This document shows, piece after piece, positions 54,970 to 64,000 of a stretch of 64,000 nucleotides of DNA. Made by a program: the position numbers and the translations under genes. Within the stretch, counting starts at the first letter, position 1; the number at the start of each line of letters is the position of its first letter. The stretch is from Terriglobia bacterium (GTDB taxonomy: Bacteria > Acidobacteriota > Polarisedimenticolia > Polarisedimenticolales > JAIQFR01). Below the pieces are notes generated by a model. It made no database searches and was not told where the DNA came from. It worked only from the letters and a program-made list of their open reading frames with translations. The DNA lies in NCBI GenBank assembly GCA_963748015.1, contig CAVVHE010000009.1, positions 96,001-160,000 on the forward strand, given 5' to 3'.

Positions 54970-55380
54970 GTGACGATCCAGGATGGACCCTCCATCGGCA
55001 AGACGATCAAGGCCTGGCGGGACGAGATCGGCCTCTCGCTCAACCAGGTTGCGGAAGGGTCGGGGGTCTCGAAGGGATACCTGTCGCAGCTCGAGAACGG
55101 GAACGTCACGCGTCCGTCCGCGGACGCGCTCGCTCGCATCGCGGAGGCGCTCGGGAAGCCGCTGCACGAGCTGCTCGGCGAGCGCCCCACCGTGGAGGAG
55201 AGCGGCGCGAAGCTCCCGAAGGGGCTATCGGAGATGCTCGCGGACCGGTCGGAGAAGGGCAAGCCCATTCCGCCGGAGGACGTCGAGATGCTCCGGAGCA
55301 TCCGCTACCGGGGCAGGCAGCCGCGCACCGCCGCGGACTGGGACTTCCTGTACGAGACGATCGTTCGCACCATCCGGTAG
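54970..55380 (+). CDS. Xre-family HTH regulator (ImmR-like)
   Basis: GLSLNQVAEGSGVSKGYLSQLENG..PS..LARIAEAL. Confidence 0.92.
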   Translation: MTIQDGPSIGKTIKAWRDEIGLSLNQVAEGSGVSKGYLSQLENGNVTRPSADALARIAEALGKPLHELLGERPTVEESGAKLPKGLSEMLADRSEKGKPIPPEDVEMLRSIRYRGRQPRTAADWDFLYETIVRTIR

Positions 55381-55387
55381 GGCGGCG

Positions 55388-56281
55388 ATGGACGCGCGCT
55401 TCCCCATGGACGAACCGATTCCCGTTCCCGCCGTGGCCGGCCGGGAGGCGTACGAAGCGGTCCGCAGGGCCGCGGACCGCCTCCTCGCGCGCGCGGCGGA
55501 GAGCGAGCCCTCGTGGTCGGCGCCGCCGGTGGACCCGAAGCTCCTCGCCCGCTGCCTCGGGATCCCGATCCACTTCACGAGAGACCTTCGCGACGCGGAC
55601 GCGATCGTGGTCCCGACGCGCGACGGCTTCCGGATCCTCGCGAACGCCAACGTGCGGCATCTCGGGCGCCTCAACTTCACGCTCGCGCACGAGATCGCGC
55701 ACACGCTCTTCGAGGGCGCCGACGCGCGCGCGCACCTGCGGACCCGGGACCGGCGCGCCTACGAGCGCAGCCCGGAGGGAGCCGCGGTCGAAGGCCTCTG
55801 CGATCGCGCGGCGGCCGATCTCCTGATGCCGATGCCGATGATCGAGGAGACGCTGCGCGAGACGGGATTCGAGGCGCGGGCGGTGCCGCGGATCGTCGAG
55901 CGCTTCGAGGTGTCGCTCGAGGCCGCGGCGCTCAGGCTCGTCGAGTCGCAGGGCGATCGTCCGTGCGCCGCCGGCTTCTTTCACCACGCGAGCCGGCCGT
56001 CGCACGATCGTCGCGCGGGCGAGGTCGAGGATGGATGGGCCTATCGCGTCCGCCGCCTCTTCCGCTCGCCGGGGTTCCCGTTCGTTCTCCCCACGGGCAA
56101 GTCGGTTCCCGCGTCGTCGCTGATCTACCGCGCCTCGCTGCGCGGCGAGTGCCTCTCCGGTCGCGAGACGTTCGTCCTGGGAAAGACCGCGGCGACGCTT
56201 CGAGTAAGCGCGCAGTCCATCTTCCGTGCCGGGGCGGCGGGCGAGCCGCCCATGGTGTGCGCCGTCTTCTCCGCGGACTGA
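55388..56281 (+). CDS. ImmA/IrrE family metallopeptidase
   Basis: RLNFTLAHEIAH (HExxH), E..CDRAAADLLMP, FEVSLEAA. Confidence 0.92.
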   Translation: MDARFPMDEPIPVPAVAGREAYEAVRRAADRLLARAAESEPSWSAPPVDPKLLARCLGIPIHFTRDLRDADAIVVPTRDGFRILANANVRHLGRLNFTLAHEIAHTLFEGADARAHLRTRDRRAYERSPEGAAVEGLCDRAAADLLMPMPMIEETLRETGFEARAVPRIVERFEVSLEAAALRLVESQGDRPCAAGFFHHASRPSHDRRAGEVEDGWAYRVRRLFRSPGFPFVLPTGKSVPASSLIYRASLRGECLSGRETFVLGKTAATLRVSAQSIFRAGAAGEPPMVCAVFSAD

Positions 56282-56391
56282 GGCATCGGCGCGCGAGCCG
56301 GTAACCCTCGCGGGTGTTCGCGTGATTCCAGAAGAATGTTTTGTTGATATTGCAATCTTTTTCGGGTGCCATGGACCCTACGCGCTCTGAT

Positions 56392-56444
56392 TTTCCGCTT
56401 TATGCTTGTTTCCGTTACTAACGGAACGTATATTTAAGCGGAAA
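56392..56444. promoter_or_regulatory. Nested inverted repeats upstream of AbiEi-like antitoxin
   Basis: TTTCCGCTT..TTCCGTTA-C-TAACGGAA..AAGCGGAAA in an AT-rich tract. Confidence 0.65.
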
Positions 56445-56455
56445 TGAGGGACGCG

Positions 56456-57472
56456 ATGGAACAGGATCTCGAGCTCTATGCCGCACACCTGCGGAAACTC
56501 CCCTTTGCGAGGGCGGTGCGATTCCTCCGACGACCGGACCGAGCGGACGGACCTCGGGTGGAAGCGACCTTGGTCCTGACCACGCCGGACGGCGACCACG
56601 AGTTCCTGGTCGAAGTGAAGCGTACGCACCTGACCTATGCAGTCGCAGAGAATCTTCTTGTCAGGCGGCGGAACCCGAAGTGGATCCTCTTCGCGCCCTA
56701 CGTGCCCCGGAAGATCGGCCAGCACCTCGCGGCGCAAGGTGCGAATTACATCGATCTCGAGGGAAACTGTCACCTCCGGCTGGGCGACCGCTACATCGCG
56801 GCCATCGAAGGTCGGCTACCAGAAAGAAAGGACGCGGAAGGTCGCGGCTTACGAGCCGCGGGCCACCAAGTACTCTTCGCGATTCTGGCGAAACCGGAAC
56901 TCTTGAACGAGGGCATCGTCAAAATCGGCGACCTGGCGGGCGTGGGCAAGACCACCGTTGCCGACACTCTCGCGAAGCTGGAGCGCGAGGGATTGCTCGC
57001 CACCATCCAGAATCGCCGCCATCTCGTCAAGCCCGGGGTCGTTCTTGATCGATGGCTCGCTGGATACGCCAACACGGTGAGGCCCCGCCTGCTCATAGGC
57101 CGCTACCGCACGCAAGACAGGGATCCCCGAGATCTGGAGCATCGGGTCGAGCAGGTCCTTGGAAACGACACGGAGTGGGCATGGGGCGGTGGCGCCGCGG
57201 CCATGAGGCTGACGCAGCACTATCGTGGAGAGACGACCCTCCTTCACGTGGCGAACCCGGCGCCGGACCTGACCAAGCGCCTTCGGGCGCAGAGGGATGC
57301 CGACGGTCCGCTCGTGCTGCTCGAGGTCCCAGGGCGCCTCGCTTTCGAGGGAGTTCTGCCGAGAACGGTGCACCCACTTCTCGTCTACACGGAACTTCTC
57401 ACGACCGGGGATGAACGTGCGCGCGAGACGGCGCTTGAGATCCGGGAACGATATCTCGGAGACCTAGCGTGA
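56456..57472 (+). CDS. Type IV TA AbiEi-like antitoxin (AbiEi_2-type)
   Basis: YIDLEGNCHL, central HTH, WGGGAAA, VHPLLVYTELL..GDERARE. Confidence 0.8.
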   Translation: MEQDLELYAAHLRKLPFARAVRFLRRPDRADGPRVEATLVLTTPDGDHEFLVEVKRTHLTYAVAENLLVRRRNPKWILFAPYVPRKIGQHLAAQGANYIDLEGNCHLRLGDRYIAAIEGRLPERKDAEGRGLRAAGHQVLFAILAKPELLNEGIVKIGDLAGVGKTTVADTLAKLEREGLLATIQNRRHLVKPGVVLDRWLAGYANTVRPRLLIGRYRTQDRDPRDLEHRVEQVLGNDTEWAWGGGAAAMRLTQHYRGETTLLHVANPAPDLTKRLRAQRDADGPLVLLEVPGRLAFEGVLPRTVHPLLVYTELLTTGDERARETALEIRERYLGDLA

Positions 57473-58245
57473 TGGGATTCACCCCGGAGCAAGCTTCAGT
57501 CCTCCGCCGACTCCGCACGATCTGGTCCGAGGAGAAACTCGTGGTCATCGGGGCCACCGCCATCGGCTGCCACCTCGAGTTTCGCTGGCGAAAGACGCAG
57601 GATCTGGACTTGACCCTGGCGGCAGACATCGACGAGTGCCGGCAATCGCTGGAACGACTCCCGGGTTGGGTTCGTCACGAACGCATCGAACACGCATGGA
57701 CCGCTCCGGGCGATGTCCGCATCGACATCGTTCCCGCGAATGCGGCAGCGCTGGAGTCCGGCCGAATCGATTGGCCCGGCGGAAGCACGATGAGCGCCGT
57801 CGGTCTCCGGGCGGCCTTCGTCGACAACGTCCGGCTCGATGTCGGGGAAGGGATCTTCGCGCGGGTCGCATCCGCTGCCGCGATCACGATCCTCAAGATG
57901 GCGGCATCTCTCGACAGACCGGACCGCGACAGGGACCTGGCAGACCTCGCTTACCTCATGGACGGAATCGTCGGCAACGACGATGCAGAGCGCTGGTCCG
58001 ATCCGGTCCTCGATCTCGACCTGGGCTACGAGCTGGTGAGCCCGTTCCTGCTTGGGCGTCGCGTCGCGGCCATCGCGGACGTCAGGGAGCGGGCCGTCGT
58101 CGATCGATTCCTGGCGAAACTGGCGGATCCTTCCGATCGCTCGGCGTACCAAGCACGCATGGTCAGCTCGGGACCCAGAGAATGGCGCGAAGGCGACGCC
58201 GCGATAGCTCGATTGAACGCATTCCGGCGCGGCTTCACATCATAG
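57469..58245 (+). CDS. AbiEii-like nucleotidyltransferase toxin
   Basis: VVIGATA, RKTQDLDL, IDIVP, ILK..RDRDLADL; GTGA overlap with antitoxin. Confidence 0.8.
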   Translation: MMGFTPEQASVLRRLRTIWSEEKLVVIGATAIGCHLEFRWRKTQDLDLTLAADIDECRQSLERLPGWVRHERIEHAWTAPGDVRIDIVPANAAALESGRIDWPGGSTMSAVGLRAAFVDNVRLDVGEGIFARVASAAAITILKMAASLDRPDRDRDLADLAYLMDGIVGNDDAERWSDPVLDLDLGYELVSPFLLGRRVAAIADVRERAVVDRFLAKLADPSDRSAYQARMVSSGPREWREGDAAIARLNAFRRGFTS

Positions 58246-58486
58246 TGTGGAGCCCGGTGCCCCGAACGATCCTCGGGGAAGCGGGAGAATAGCTCCACAA
58301 CAGCTCCATGCCACCTCGTGGCTCTCCAGGTCTCCGATCCGGCTGCTCCGTCCGGTTCCGAACACCGACCGTCCGGAACCGCACGGTCCCGCCGCAGCCG
58401 GAAGCTCACGAGACGCGGTCGCACGGCGAGTCGTCTCTTGGCACCTCGGTTGCTCTCCCTCGGAGAGAACTCACGCGAGGGAAGCC

Positions 58487-59731
58487 ATGGACCGCACCAT
58501 CGACCCTTCCGTACGGCTGCGGCGCACGATCCGACGGCTGGTCGTGCCGGTGGGATCGATCTTGGCGGTGACGATCCTCGTGATGCTGGTGACCGGCTGG
58601 CTGCACCCGTCGGTCCGGCGCGACCAGCTGCGAACGGCCAGGGTCGAGCGTGGCGACGTCAGCGCCACGCTCGACGCCTCGGGTCTGGTCGTGCCCGGGT
58701 TCGAGCAGATTCTCACCGCGCCGGTCTCCACGCGCGTCATCCGCATTCTCAAGACGCCGGGCGCCGAAGTGCGTCCGGGCGAAACGGTCGTCCTGCTCGA
58801 CAACAAGGACGCGCGGCGCGAGGTGGCCAGGCTGGAGGAGCAGATCGCCCTCAGGCGAAACGCGCGCCGGCAGACCGAGCTGGAGCTGGCGCGCACCCGC
58901 AACGACCTGACCACCTCGCGCGACGTCAAGGCGCTGGAGCTGGAGTCGTGCCGCTTCGAGCTGATTCGAAACAAGAGGATGTTCGGTGAGGGGCTGACGC
59001 ACGAGGACGCGGTTCGCAAGTCCGAGAACGACGTCGCGCGGGCCCAGATCGAGCTGGGCCATCTCGAGTCGCAGCTGGGGAACGTGGAGGAGGACCTGGC
59101 TGCCCGCGCGGAGGGGCTGGCGCTCGAGATCGCGATCCTCGAGAAGGACCTCGAGCGGGCCCGCGAGCGACTCGACCGCACGGCGGTCACCGCCGAGCGC
59201 GCGGGGATCGTGACCTGGGTCGTCGCGAACGAGGGCGCGGCCGCGGCCGAAGGCGAGCCGGTGGCCCGGGTGGCCGACGTCAGCACCTACCGGGTGGAGG
59301 CAACCCTGTCGGACGTTCTCGCTCGCCGCCTGACCGCGGGCTTGCCGGCCGTCGTGCGCAGCGGCGATACGCGTCTGACCGGACGCGTCCACAAGATCCT
59401 GCCGACGGTGCAGAACGGCGTCGTGACCTTCGAGGTGCATCTCGACGAACCCGATCACGCGATCCTGCGGCCCAACCTTCGGGTGGACGTCCACGCGGTC
59501 ACCGAGCAGCGCACCGGCACGCTGCGCCTGCGCCGGGGTCCGCTGCTCAACGTGGACGGTCGCGACTTCGTGTTCGTCGTTCGAGGCGGCCGGGCGGTGC
59601 GCACGCCGGTCACGGTCGGGCTCTCCAACTTCGAGATGTACGAGATCACGGGCGGGCTCGCCGAGGGGGACGAGGTCATCATCTCGGACATGTCCGACCA
59701 CCGTAACGCCAAGGAGGTCAAGATCCGATGA
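58487..59731 (+). CDS. Efflux periplasmic adaptor (HlyD/MacA-like)
   Basis: N-terminal TM, lipoyl halves, coiled coil, LRPNLRVDV, GLAEGDEVIISD. Confidence 0.9.
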   Translation: MDRTIDPSVRLRRTIRRLVVPVGSILAVTILVMLVTGWLHPSVRRDQLRTARVERGDVSATLDASGLVVPGFEQILTAPVSTRVIRILKTPGAEVRPGETVVLLDNKDARREVARLEEQIALRRNARRQTELELARTRNDLTTSRDVKALELESCRFELIRNKRMFGEGLTHEDAVRKSENDVARAQIELGHLESQLGNVEEDLAARAEGLALEIAILEKDLERARERLDRTAVTAERAGIVTWVVANEGAAAAEGEPVARVADVSTYRVEATLSDVLARRLTAGLPAVVRSGDTRLTGRVHKILPTVQNGVVTFEVHLDEPDHAILRPNLRVDVHAVTEQRTGTLRLRRGPLLNVDGRDFVFVVRGGRAVRTPVTVGLSNFEMYEITGGLAEGDEVIISDMSDHRNAKEVKIR

Positions 59732-60441
59732 GCACAGACGCCCTCCCCGCCAGGAACGGGAAGAACGGAGGCGCCGCGGTGCGCCTGGAAGCGGTGGAGA
59801 AGGTCTACCGCACCGAGAAGATCGAGACGGTCGCGCTCAGCAACGTCAGCCTCGAGATCGCCGCCGGAGAGTTCGTGGCCGTGATGGGTCCCTCCGGCTC
59901 GGGGAAGAGCACGCTGCTCAACGTCCTGGGGCTGCTGGACGCGCCGACCACCGGCAGGATCGTCCTCGATGGCGAGACGGTGAACGGGTTCGGTGACCGG
60001 CGCCTGGCCGCCCTGAGAAACCGCGAGATCGGCTTCATCTTCCAGAGCTTCCATCTGATCGCCGATCTCGACGCGCTGGACAACGTTCAGATACCGCTTC
60101 TCTACCGCTCCCTGTCGAACCGCGAACGGCGCGAGAAGGCCGAGATCGCCCTGGATCGGCTGGGCCTGAAGGCGCGCATGCACCACTACCCCACCCAGCT
60201 CTCGGGCGGCCAGCAGCAGCGAGTCGCCATCGCCCGCGCGATCGTCGGGGGTCCGAGGCTCGTGCTCGCCGACGAGCCGACCGGCAACCTGGACAGCAAG
60301 ACGGGCGAAGACGTCATGCAGATCCTCGAGGAGTTCAACCGCGACGCGGGCGTGACGGTGGTGATGGTGACGCACGACCAGCGCCTCGCGGAGCGCACGG
60401 CGCGCATCGTGCGGCTGTTCGACGGCCGTCAGGTCCACTGA
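59728..60441 (+). CDS. ABC transporter ATP-binding protein (MacB/LolD-like)
   Basis: [31 protein letters not shown]. Confidence 0.96.
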   Translation: MSTDALPARNGKNGGAAVRLEAVEKVYRTEKIETVALSNVSLEIAAGEFVAVMGPSGSGKSTLLNVLGLLDAPTTGRIVLDGETVNGFGDRRLAALRNREIGFIFQSFHLIADLDALDNVQIPLLYRSLSNRERREKAEIALDRLGLKARMHHYPTQLSGGQQQRVAIARAIVGGPRLVLADEPTGNLDSKTGEDVMQILEEFNRDAGVTVVMVTHDQRLAERTARIVRLFDGRQVH

Positions 60442-60459
60442 AACGGGAAGGGTGAGGCC

Positions 60460-61698
60460 ATGCTCGGAAACTACCTCAAGATGGCGTGGAAGGTGCTGGG
60501 CCGGCGCAAGTTCTTCACCTTCGTCAGCCTGTTCGGCATCGCCTTCACGATGACGGCGATGCTGATCGCCGTCGCCATCGCCGACCACGTCCTGGCGCCG
60601 TCCTACCCCGAGACCCGGCTCGACCGGATGCTGGTGCTGGACAGGATGAAGATGGCCGGCGCGCGCAGCTCCTGGTACTCGGGTCCCGGCTTCAAGCTGG
60701 CGGATCGATACGCCCGCGACCTTCCCGGCGTGGAGCGGATGTCGATCTTCACCTCCCCGAACGAGGCCACTTCGTTCCTCGAGGGGCGCAAGCTCGTGTT
60801 CCGTACCCGCCACGCCGACGCCCAGTTCTGGCGCATCATGGAGTTCGCGTTCGTCGAGGGCGGCCCGTTCACGGAGGACGACGACCGGAACGCGAACCGT
60901 GTCGCGGTGATCGGCGAGGGCGCCCGGCGCCGCCTATTCGGCGCGGAGCCCGCGCTCGGCCGGTCGGTCGAGTTGGACGGCGTGCAGTTCCGCGTCGTCG
61001 GTGTCGTTCGCGATGTGCCGCTGTACCGCCTGCACTCGTCGTCCGACCTCTGGCTGCCGATCCGGACCAACACGGAGGCCGGATTCTTCGACCGCCTGAT
61101 GGGCGGCTGCCAGGCCGTGTTCCTGCTCGAGCCGGGTGCGGACAAGAAACAGATTCAGGCCGCATTCCGGGAGCGCCTGACCCGAGTCGAGTTCGATGAC
61201 CCGGAGACCTACAACACCCTCGCGGGCCTACCCATGACCCAGCTCGAGCTGCTGTCGACCTTCGGAAGCAGCGAGCCGGGCGAGACCGCGCCGCGGCGCT
61301 GGGTTCTTCTGTGCGTGCTCGGCATGCTCGCCTTCATGGCCCTTCCGGCGATCAACTTGGTCAACATCAATCTCAGCCGCATCTACGAGCGCGGCGGCGA
61401 GATCGGCGTTCGCAAGGCGTTCGGCGCCGCCGGACGGGACCTGGTTCTCCAATTCGTGGTCGAGAACGTCGTGCTCTGCGTGATCGGAGGAGCGATCGGA
61501 CTGCTCGCCGCCGTCCTCCTTCTGAAATCCGCCGTCCTCTTCGCCGGCGACCTGGCGGTCGAGTTCCACGTCAACTGGCGGATCTTCGCGGCGACGCTCC
61601 TGCTGGCGATCGTTTTCGGCCTGCTCTCGGGGGTCTGGCCGGCATGGAAGATGTCCCGCCAGCATCCCGTTCTGGCCTTGAGAGGGGGTGCCTCGTGA
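60460..61698 (+). CDS. ABC permease (MacB/FtsX-like)
   Basis: RKFFTFVSLFGI, EIGVRKAFGA, PAWKMSR. Confidence 0.92.
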   Translation: MLGNYLKMAWKVLGRRKFFTFVSLFGIAFTMTAMLIAVAIADHVLAPSYPETRLDRMLVLDRMKMAGARSSWYSGPGFKLADRYARDLPGVERMSIFTSPNEATSFLEGRKLVFRTRHADAQFWRIMEFAFVEGGPFTEDDDRNANRVAVIGEGARRRLFGAEPALGRSVELDGVQFRVVGVVRDVPLYRLHSSSDLWLPIRTNTEAGFFDRLMGGCQAVFLLEPGADKKQIQAAFRERLTRVEFDDPETYNTLAGLPMTQLELLSTFGSSEPGETAPRRWVLLCVLGMLAFMALPAINLVNINLSRIYERGGEIGVRKAFGAAGRDLVLQFVVENVVLCVIGGAIGLLAAVLLLKSAVLFAGDLAVEFHVNWRIFAATLLLAIVFGLLSGVWPAWKMSRQHPVLALRGGAS

Positions 61699-62918
61699 TC
61701 CGGCACGTGTTCCGGCTGGTGTGGAGACGCAAGCGATCGACCGGCCTGATTCTGTTCGAGATCCTGATCTGCTTCCTGGTCCTCTGCGGTATCCTGGCCA
61801 CGGGTATCTCGTTGACCTCGAGTTGGCTGAAGCCCCTGGGCTTCGACTACGAGAACGTCTGGTCGGCCGAGATCTCGGGCATGGGTTTCGGCGCCAAGGG
61901 CGACCAGCTGGAAGCCGACCGCCGGGCTCTTTCGGACATGCTCCGCGCCGTGCAGGGAATGGCCGACGTTCAAGCCGCCGCGATCTCGACGAACACCCCC
62001 TACAGCGAAAGCTCGTGGGGCGACGGGACTCGCATCGGCGGGAAGCCGGTGCACTTCCTCTGGACGCTGACCTCGACGGACCTGCCGCGCGTACTGCGAA
62101 TGCAGCTCCTCCGCGGCCGCTGGATCGAAGCAACCGACGGGGCGCTGGGCTACGAGCCGGTGGTGCTGTCCCGCTCGCTCGCTCGCGACATGTTCGGCAC
62201 CGAGGATCCGGTCGGCCGCGACATACCGGTCTTCAACGACGACGGCAAGCCGGTCGAGCCCGAGAAGGATGCCAAGATCCGCCGCGTCGTGGGGGTGATG
62301 GACGACTACCGCCGGCGCGGCATGATGGAAGAGACGCCTTACGTGATGTTCGTCGCGGTTGACTTCGAAGCCGGCAAGTCGCTTCCGCAGGAGCTCCTGA
62401 TCCGGGTGCGGCCCGGCACCACGGCCGCCTTCGAGGAAGAGCTGGTGCGCACCCTCCGGAGCGTCGCTCCCCGGTGGTCCTACGACACCACGCGAATCGA
62501 GAAGCGTCGCCGTAACCTGCAGCTGGCCCTCGTCGTGCCGCTGCTTCTGGCCGCCGTCGTCGCAGCCTTCTTGATCGCCATGGTCGGGCTGGGTCTGGTC
62601 GGAGTACTCTGGCTCGGCGTGGCCCGCAGGACCGCCGAGCTGGGCCTCCGGCGCGCGATGGGCGCAAGCGCGTCCTCGGTGCGCTGGCAGATCGTCGGCG
62701 AGCTGTGGGCCCTGACCGCCATCGCCGTCGCGGCGGGTGCCGCGATCTTTCTGCAATTGCCGCTACTCGGCGTGAACTTCGGTGCCGGGTGGTCCGTATT
62801 CTTGGGTGGGGCCGCGCTGGCCACCCTCGTGATGTACGCCGTCGTCACGTTGTGCGGGCTCCACCCGGCCTGGCTCGCCACGCGCGTGCAACCGGCGACC
62901 GCGCTGCAGTACGAGTGA
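61695..62918 (+). CDS. ABC permease (MacB/FtsX-like)
   Basis: MIRHVFRLVWRRKR, ELGLRRAMGA, QPATALQYE. Confidence 0.92.
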   Translation: MIRHVFRLVWRRKRSTGLILFEILICFLVLCGILATGISLTSSWLKPLGFDYENVWSAEISGMGFGAKGDQLEADRRALSDMLRAVQGMADVQAAAISTNTPYSESSWGDGTRIGGKPVHFLWTLTSTDLPRVLRMQLLRGRWIEATDGALGYEPVVLSRSLARDMFGTEDPVGRDIPVFNDDGKPVEPEKDAKIRRVVGVMDDYRRRGMMEETPYVMFVAVDFEAGKSLPQELLIRVRPGTTAAFEEELVRTLRSVAPRWSYDTTRIEKRRRNLQLALVVPLLLAAVVAAFLIAMVGLGLVGVLWLGVARRTAELGLRRAMGASASSVRWQIVGELWALTAIAVAAGAAIFLQLPLLGVNFGAGWSVFLGGAALATLVMYAVVTLCGLHPAWLATRVQPATALQYE

Positions 62919-62922
62919 TCGC

Positions 62923-64000
62923 ATGATCCTGATCGTGGACGACGATCGAGCTGTCCTCCACTCGCTGGAGCTGCTGCTCAAGCAGGCCGGATTCGGCCCG
63001 GTCGGTGCCGCCGACCCGAAGTCGGCGCTCGCTCACCTCGACCGGCCCGACCTCGAGCTGGTGCTCCAGGACATGAACTTCTCGCGCCAGACCACCGGAG
63101 AAGAGGGGCTCGCGCTGCTGTCCGAGATCAAGGAACGCCGTCCCGACCTGCCCGTGATCTTGATCACAGCATGGGGTTCGATCGAGCTGGCCGTCCGAGG
63201 CATGAAGGCCGGCGCGGCCGATTTCGTCACCAAGCCGTGGCAGAACGAGCAGATCGTTCGGTCGGTGCGCACCGCGCTGAAACTTGCCGCAAGCGGCGCG
63301 CGGGACACCCCGCCCTGTCCCACCCGCGAGGAGCTGGACGAGCGTTACGACTTCGGCGGGGCGCTCGGCCGGGACCCGGCGTTCGTTCGGGTGCTCGATC
63401 TCGCCGGCCGCGTGGCCGGCACCGACGCGCCGGTGCTGATCGCCGGCGACAGCGGAACCGGGAAGGAGGTCGTTGCCGGGGCGATCCACCGTAACAGCCC
63501 GCGGCGGGATCTGCCGTTCGTCAAGGTCAACCTGGGTGCCATCGCCTCCACGCTTTTCGAGAGCGAGATGTTCGGGCACGTGCGCGGCGCGTTCACCGAC
63601 GCCACGCGCGACCACGCAGGGCGGTTCGCGGCGGCCGACGGCGGTACCATCTTCCTGGACGAGATCGGCGAGCTCGACCTGCGCAATCAGGTCAAATTGC
63701 TGCGGGTGCTGCAGGATCATACTTTCGAGCCGGTGGGGTCGAGCGTCACGCGTCGGCTCGACGTTCGGGTGATTTCGGCCACCAACCGGGACCTGCGGCG
63801 GGCGGCGGCCGAGGGATCGTTTCGCGAGGACCTCCTCTACCGCATCAACCTGATCGCCCTTCACCTGCCCTCGCTGGCGCAGCGCCGGCGGGACATTCCG
63901 CTCCTCGCCCGCCACTTCCTGAGCCGCGCCGTCACGCTCTTCGGCAAGCGGGACTTCCCGAGCGCCATCTCGTCCGACGCGATGGAGTGGCTCGAGGCGC
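62923..64000 (+). CDS. NtrC-family sigma-54-type response regulator (truncated by window end)
   Basis: MILIVDDD..QDMNF receiver, GDSGTGKE, ESEMFGH, GAFTDA, FLDEIG, FREDLLYR. Confidence 0.92.
   Translation, partial: MILIVDDDRAVLHSLELLLKQAGFGPVGAADPKSALAHLDRPDLELVLQDMNFSRQTTGEEGLALLSEIKERRPDLPVILITAWGSIELAVRGMKAGAADFVTKPWQNEQIVRSVRTALKLAASGARDTPPCPTREELDERYDFGGALGRDPAFVRVLDLAGRVAGTDAPVLIAGDSGTGKEVVAGAIHRNSPRRDLPFVKVNLGAIASTLFESEMFGHVRGAFTDATRDHAGRFAAADGGTIFLDEIGELDLRNQVKLLRVLQDHTFEPVGSSVTRRLDVRVISATNRDLRRAAAEGSFREDLLYRINLIALHLPSLAQRRRDIPLLARHFLSRAVTLFGKRDFPSAISSDAMEWLEA

Overview
High-GC bacterial chromosome segment spanning the replication-origin region. The RpoD N-terminus and gene order suggest Acidobacteriota (inference). 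Positions 1-41.9 kb are mostly housekeeping: bactofilin, parB, parA with two parS sites, an inserted YfiR/hybrid-kinase pair, rsmG-mnmG-mnmE-jag-yidC-yidD-rnpA-rpmH, dnaA-dnaN-recF-gyrB-gyrA, transaldolase, acyl-CoA carboxylase subunits, HU, larB, rpsU-dnaG-rpoD, peptidases and an ABC-2 exporter. A tRNA(CAT, probably Ile2) at 41968-42041 anchors an accessory region. The most striking structure is a tandem array of small (about 2.6-3.8 kb) cassettes with no recognisable integrase. Each cassette ends in the same ~115-bp arm sequence followed by a copy of the tRNA 3' half. The copies decay with distance from the tRNA, and the two distal ones carry a structured insertion in the T-loop. Cargo is Fic, DUF2075, AAA/DUF4143, a TPR lipoprotein and a hypothetical protein. 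Downstream lie a DUF932 + UvsW-like helicase / Xre + ImmA module, an AbiE-like TA pair and a MacAB-like exporter with a sigma-54-type regulator. Two further unexplained non-coding structures were seen: five palindromes at an exact 30-bp period beside parB, and four copies of a branched-hairpin repeat with a conserved core but unrelated long closing stems. All calls come from reading the sequence by eye; no database searches were run.
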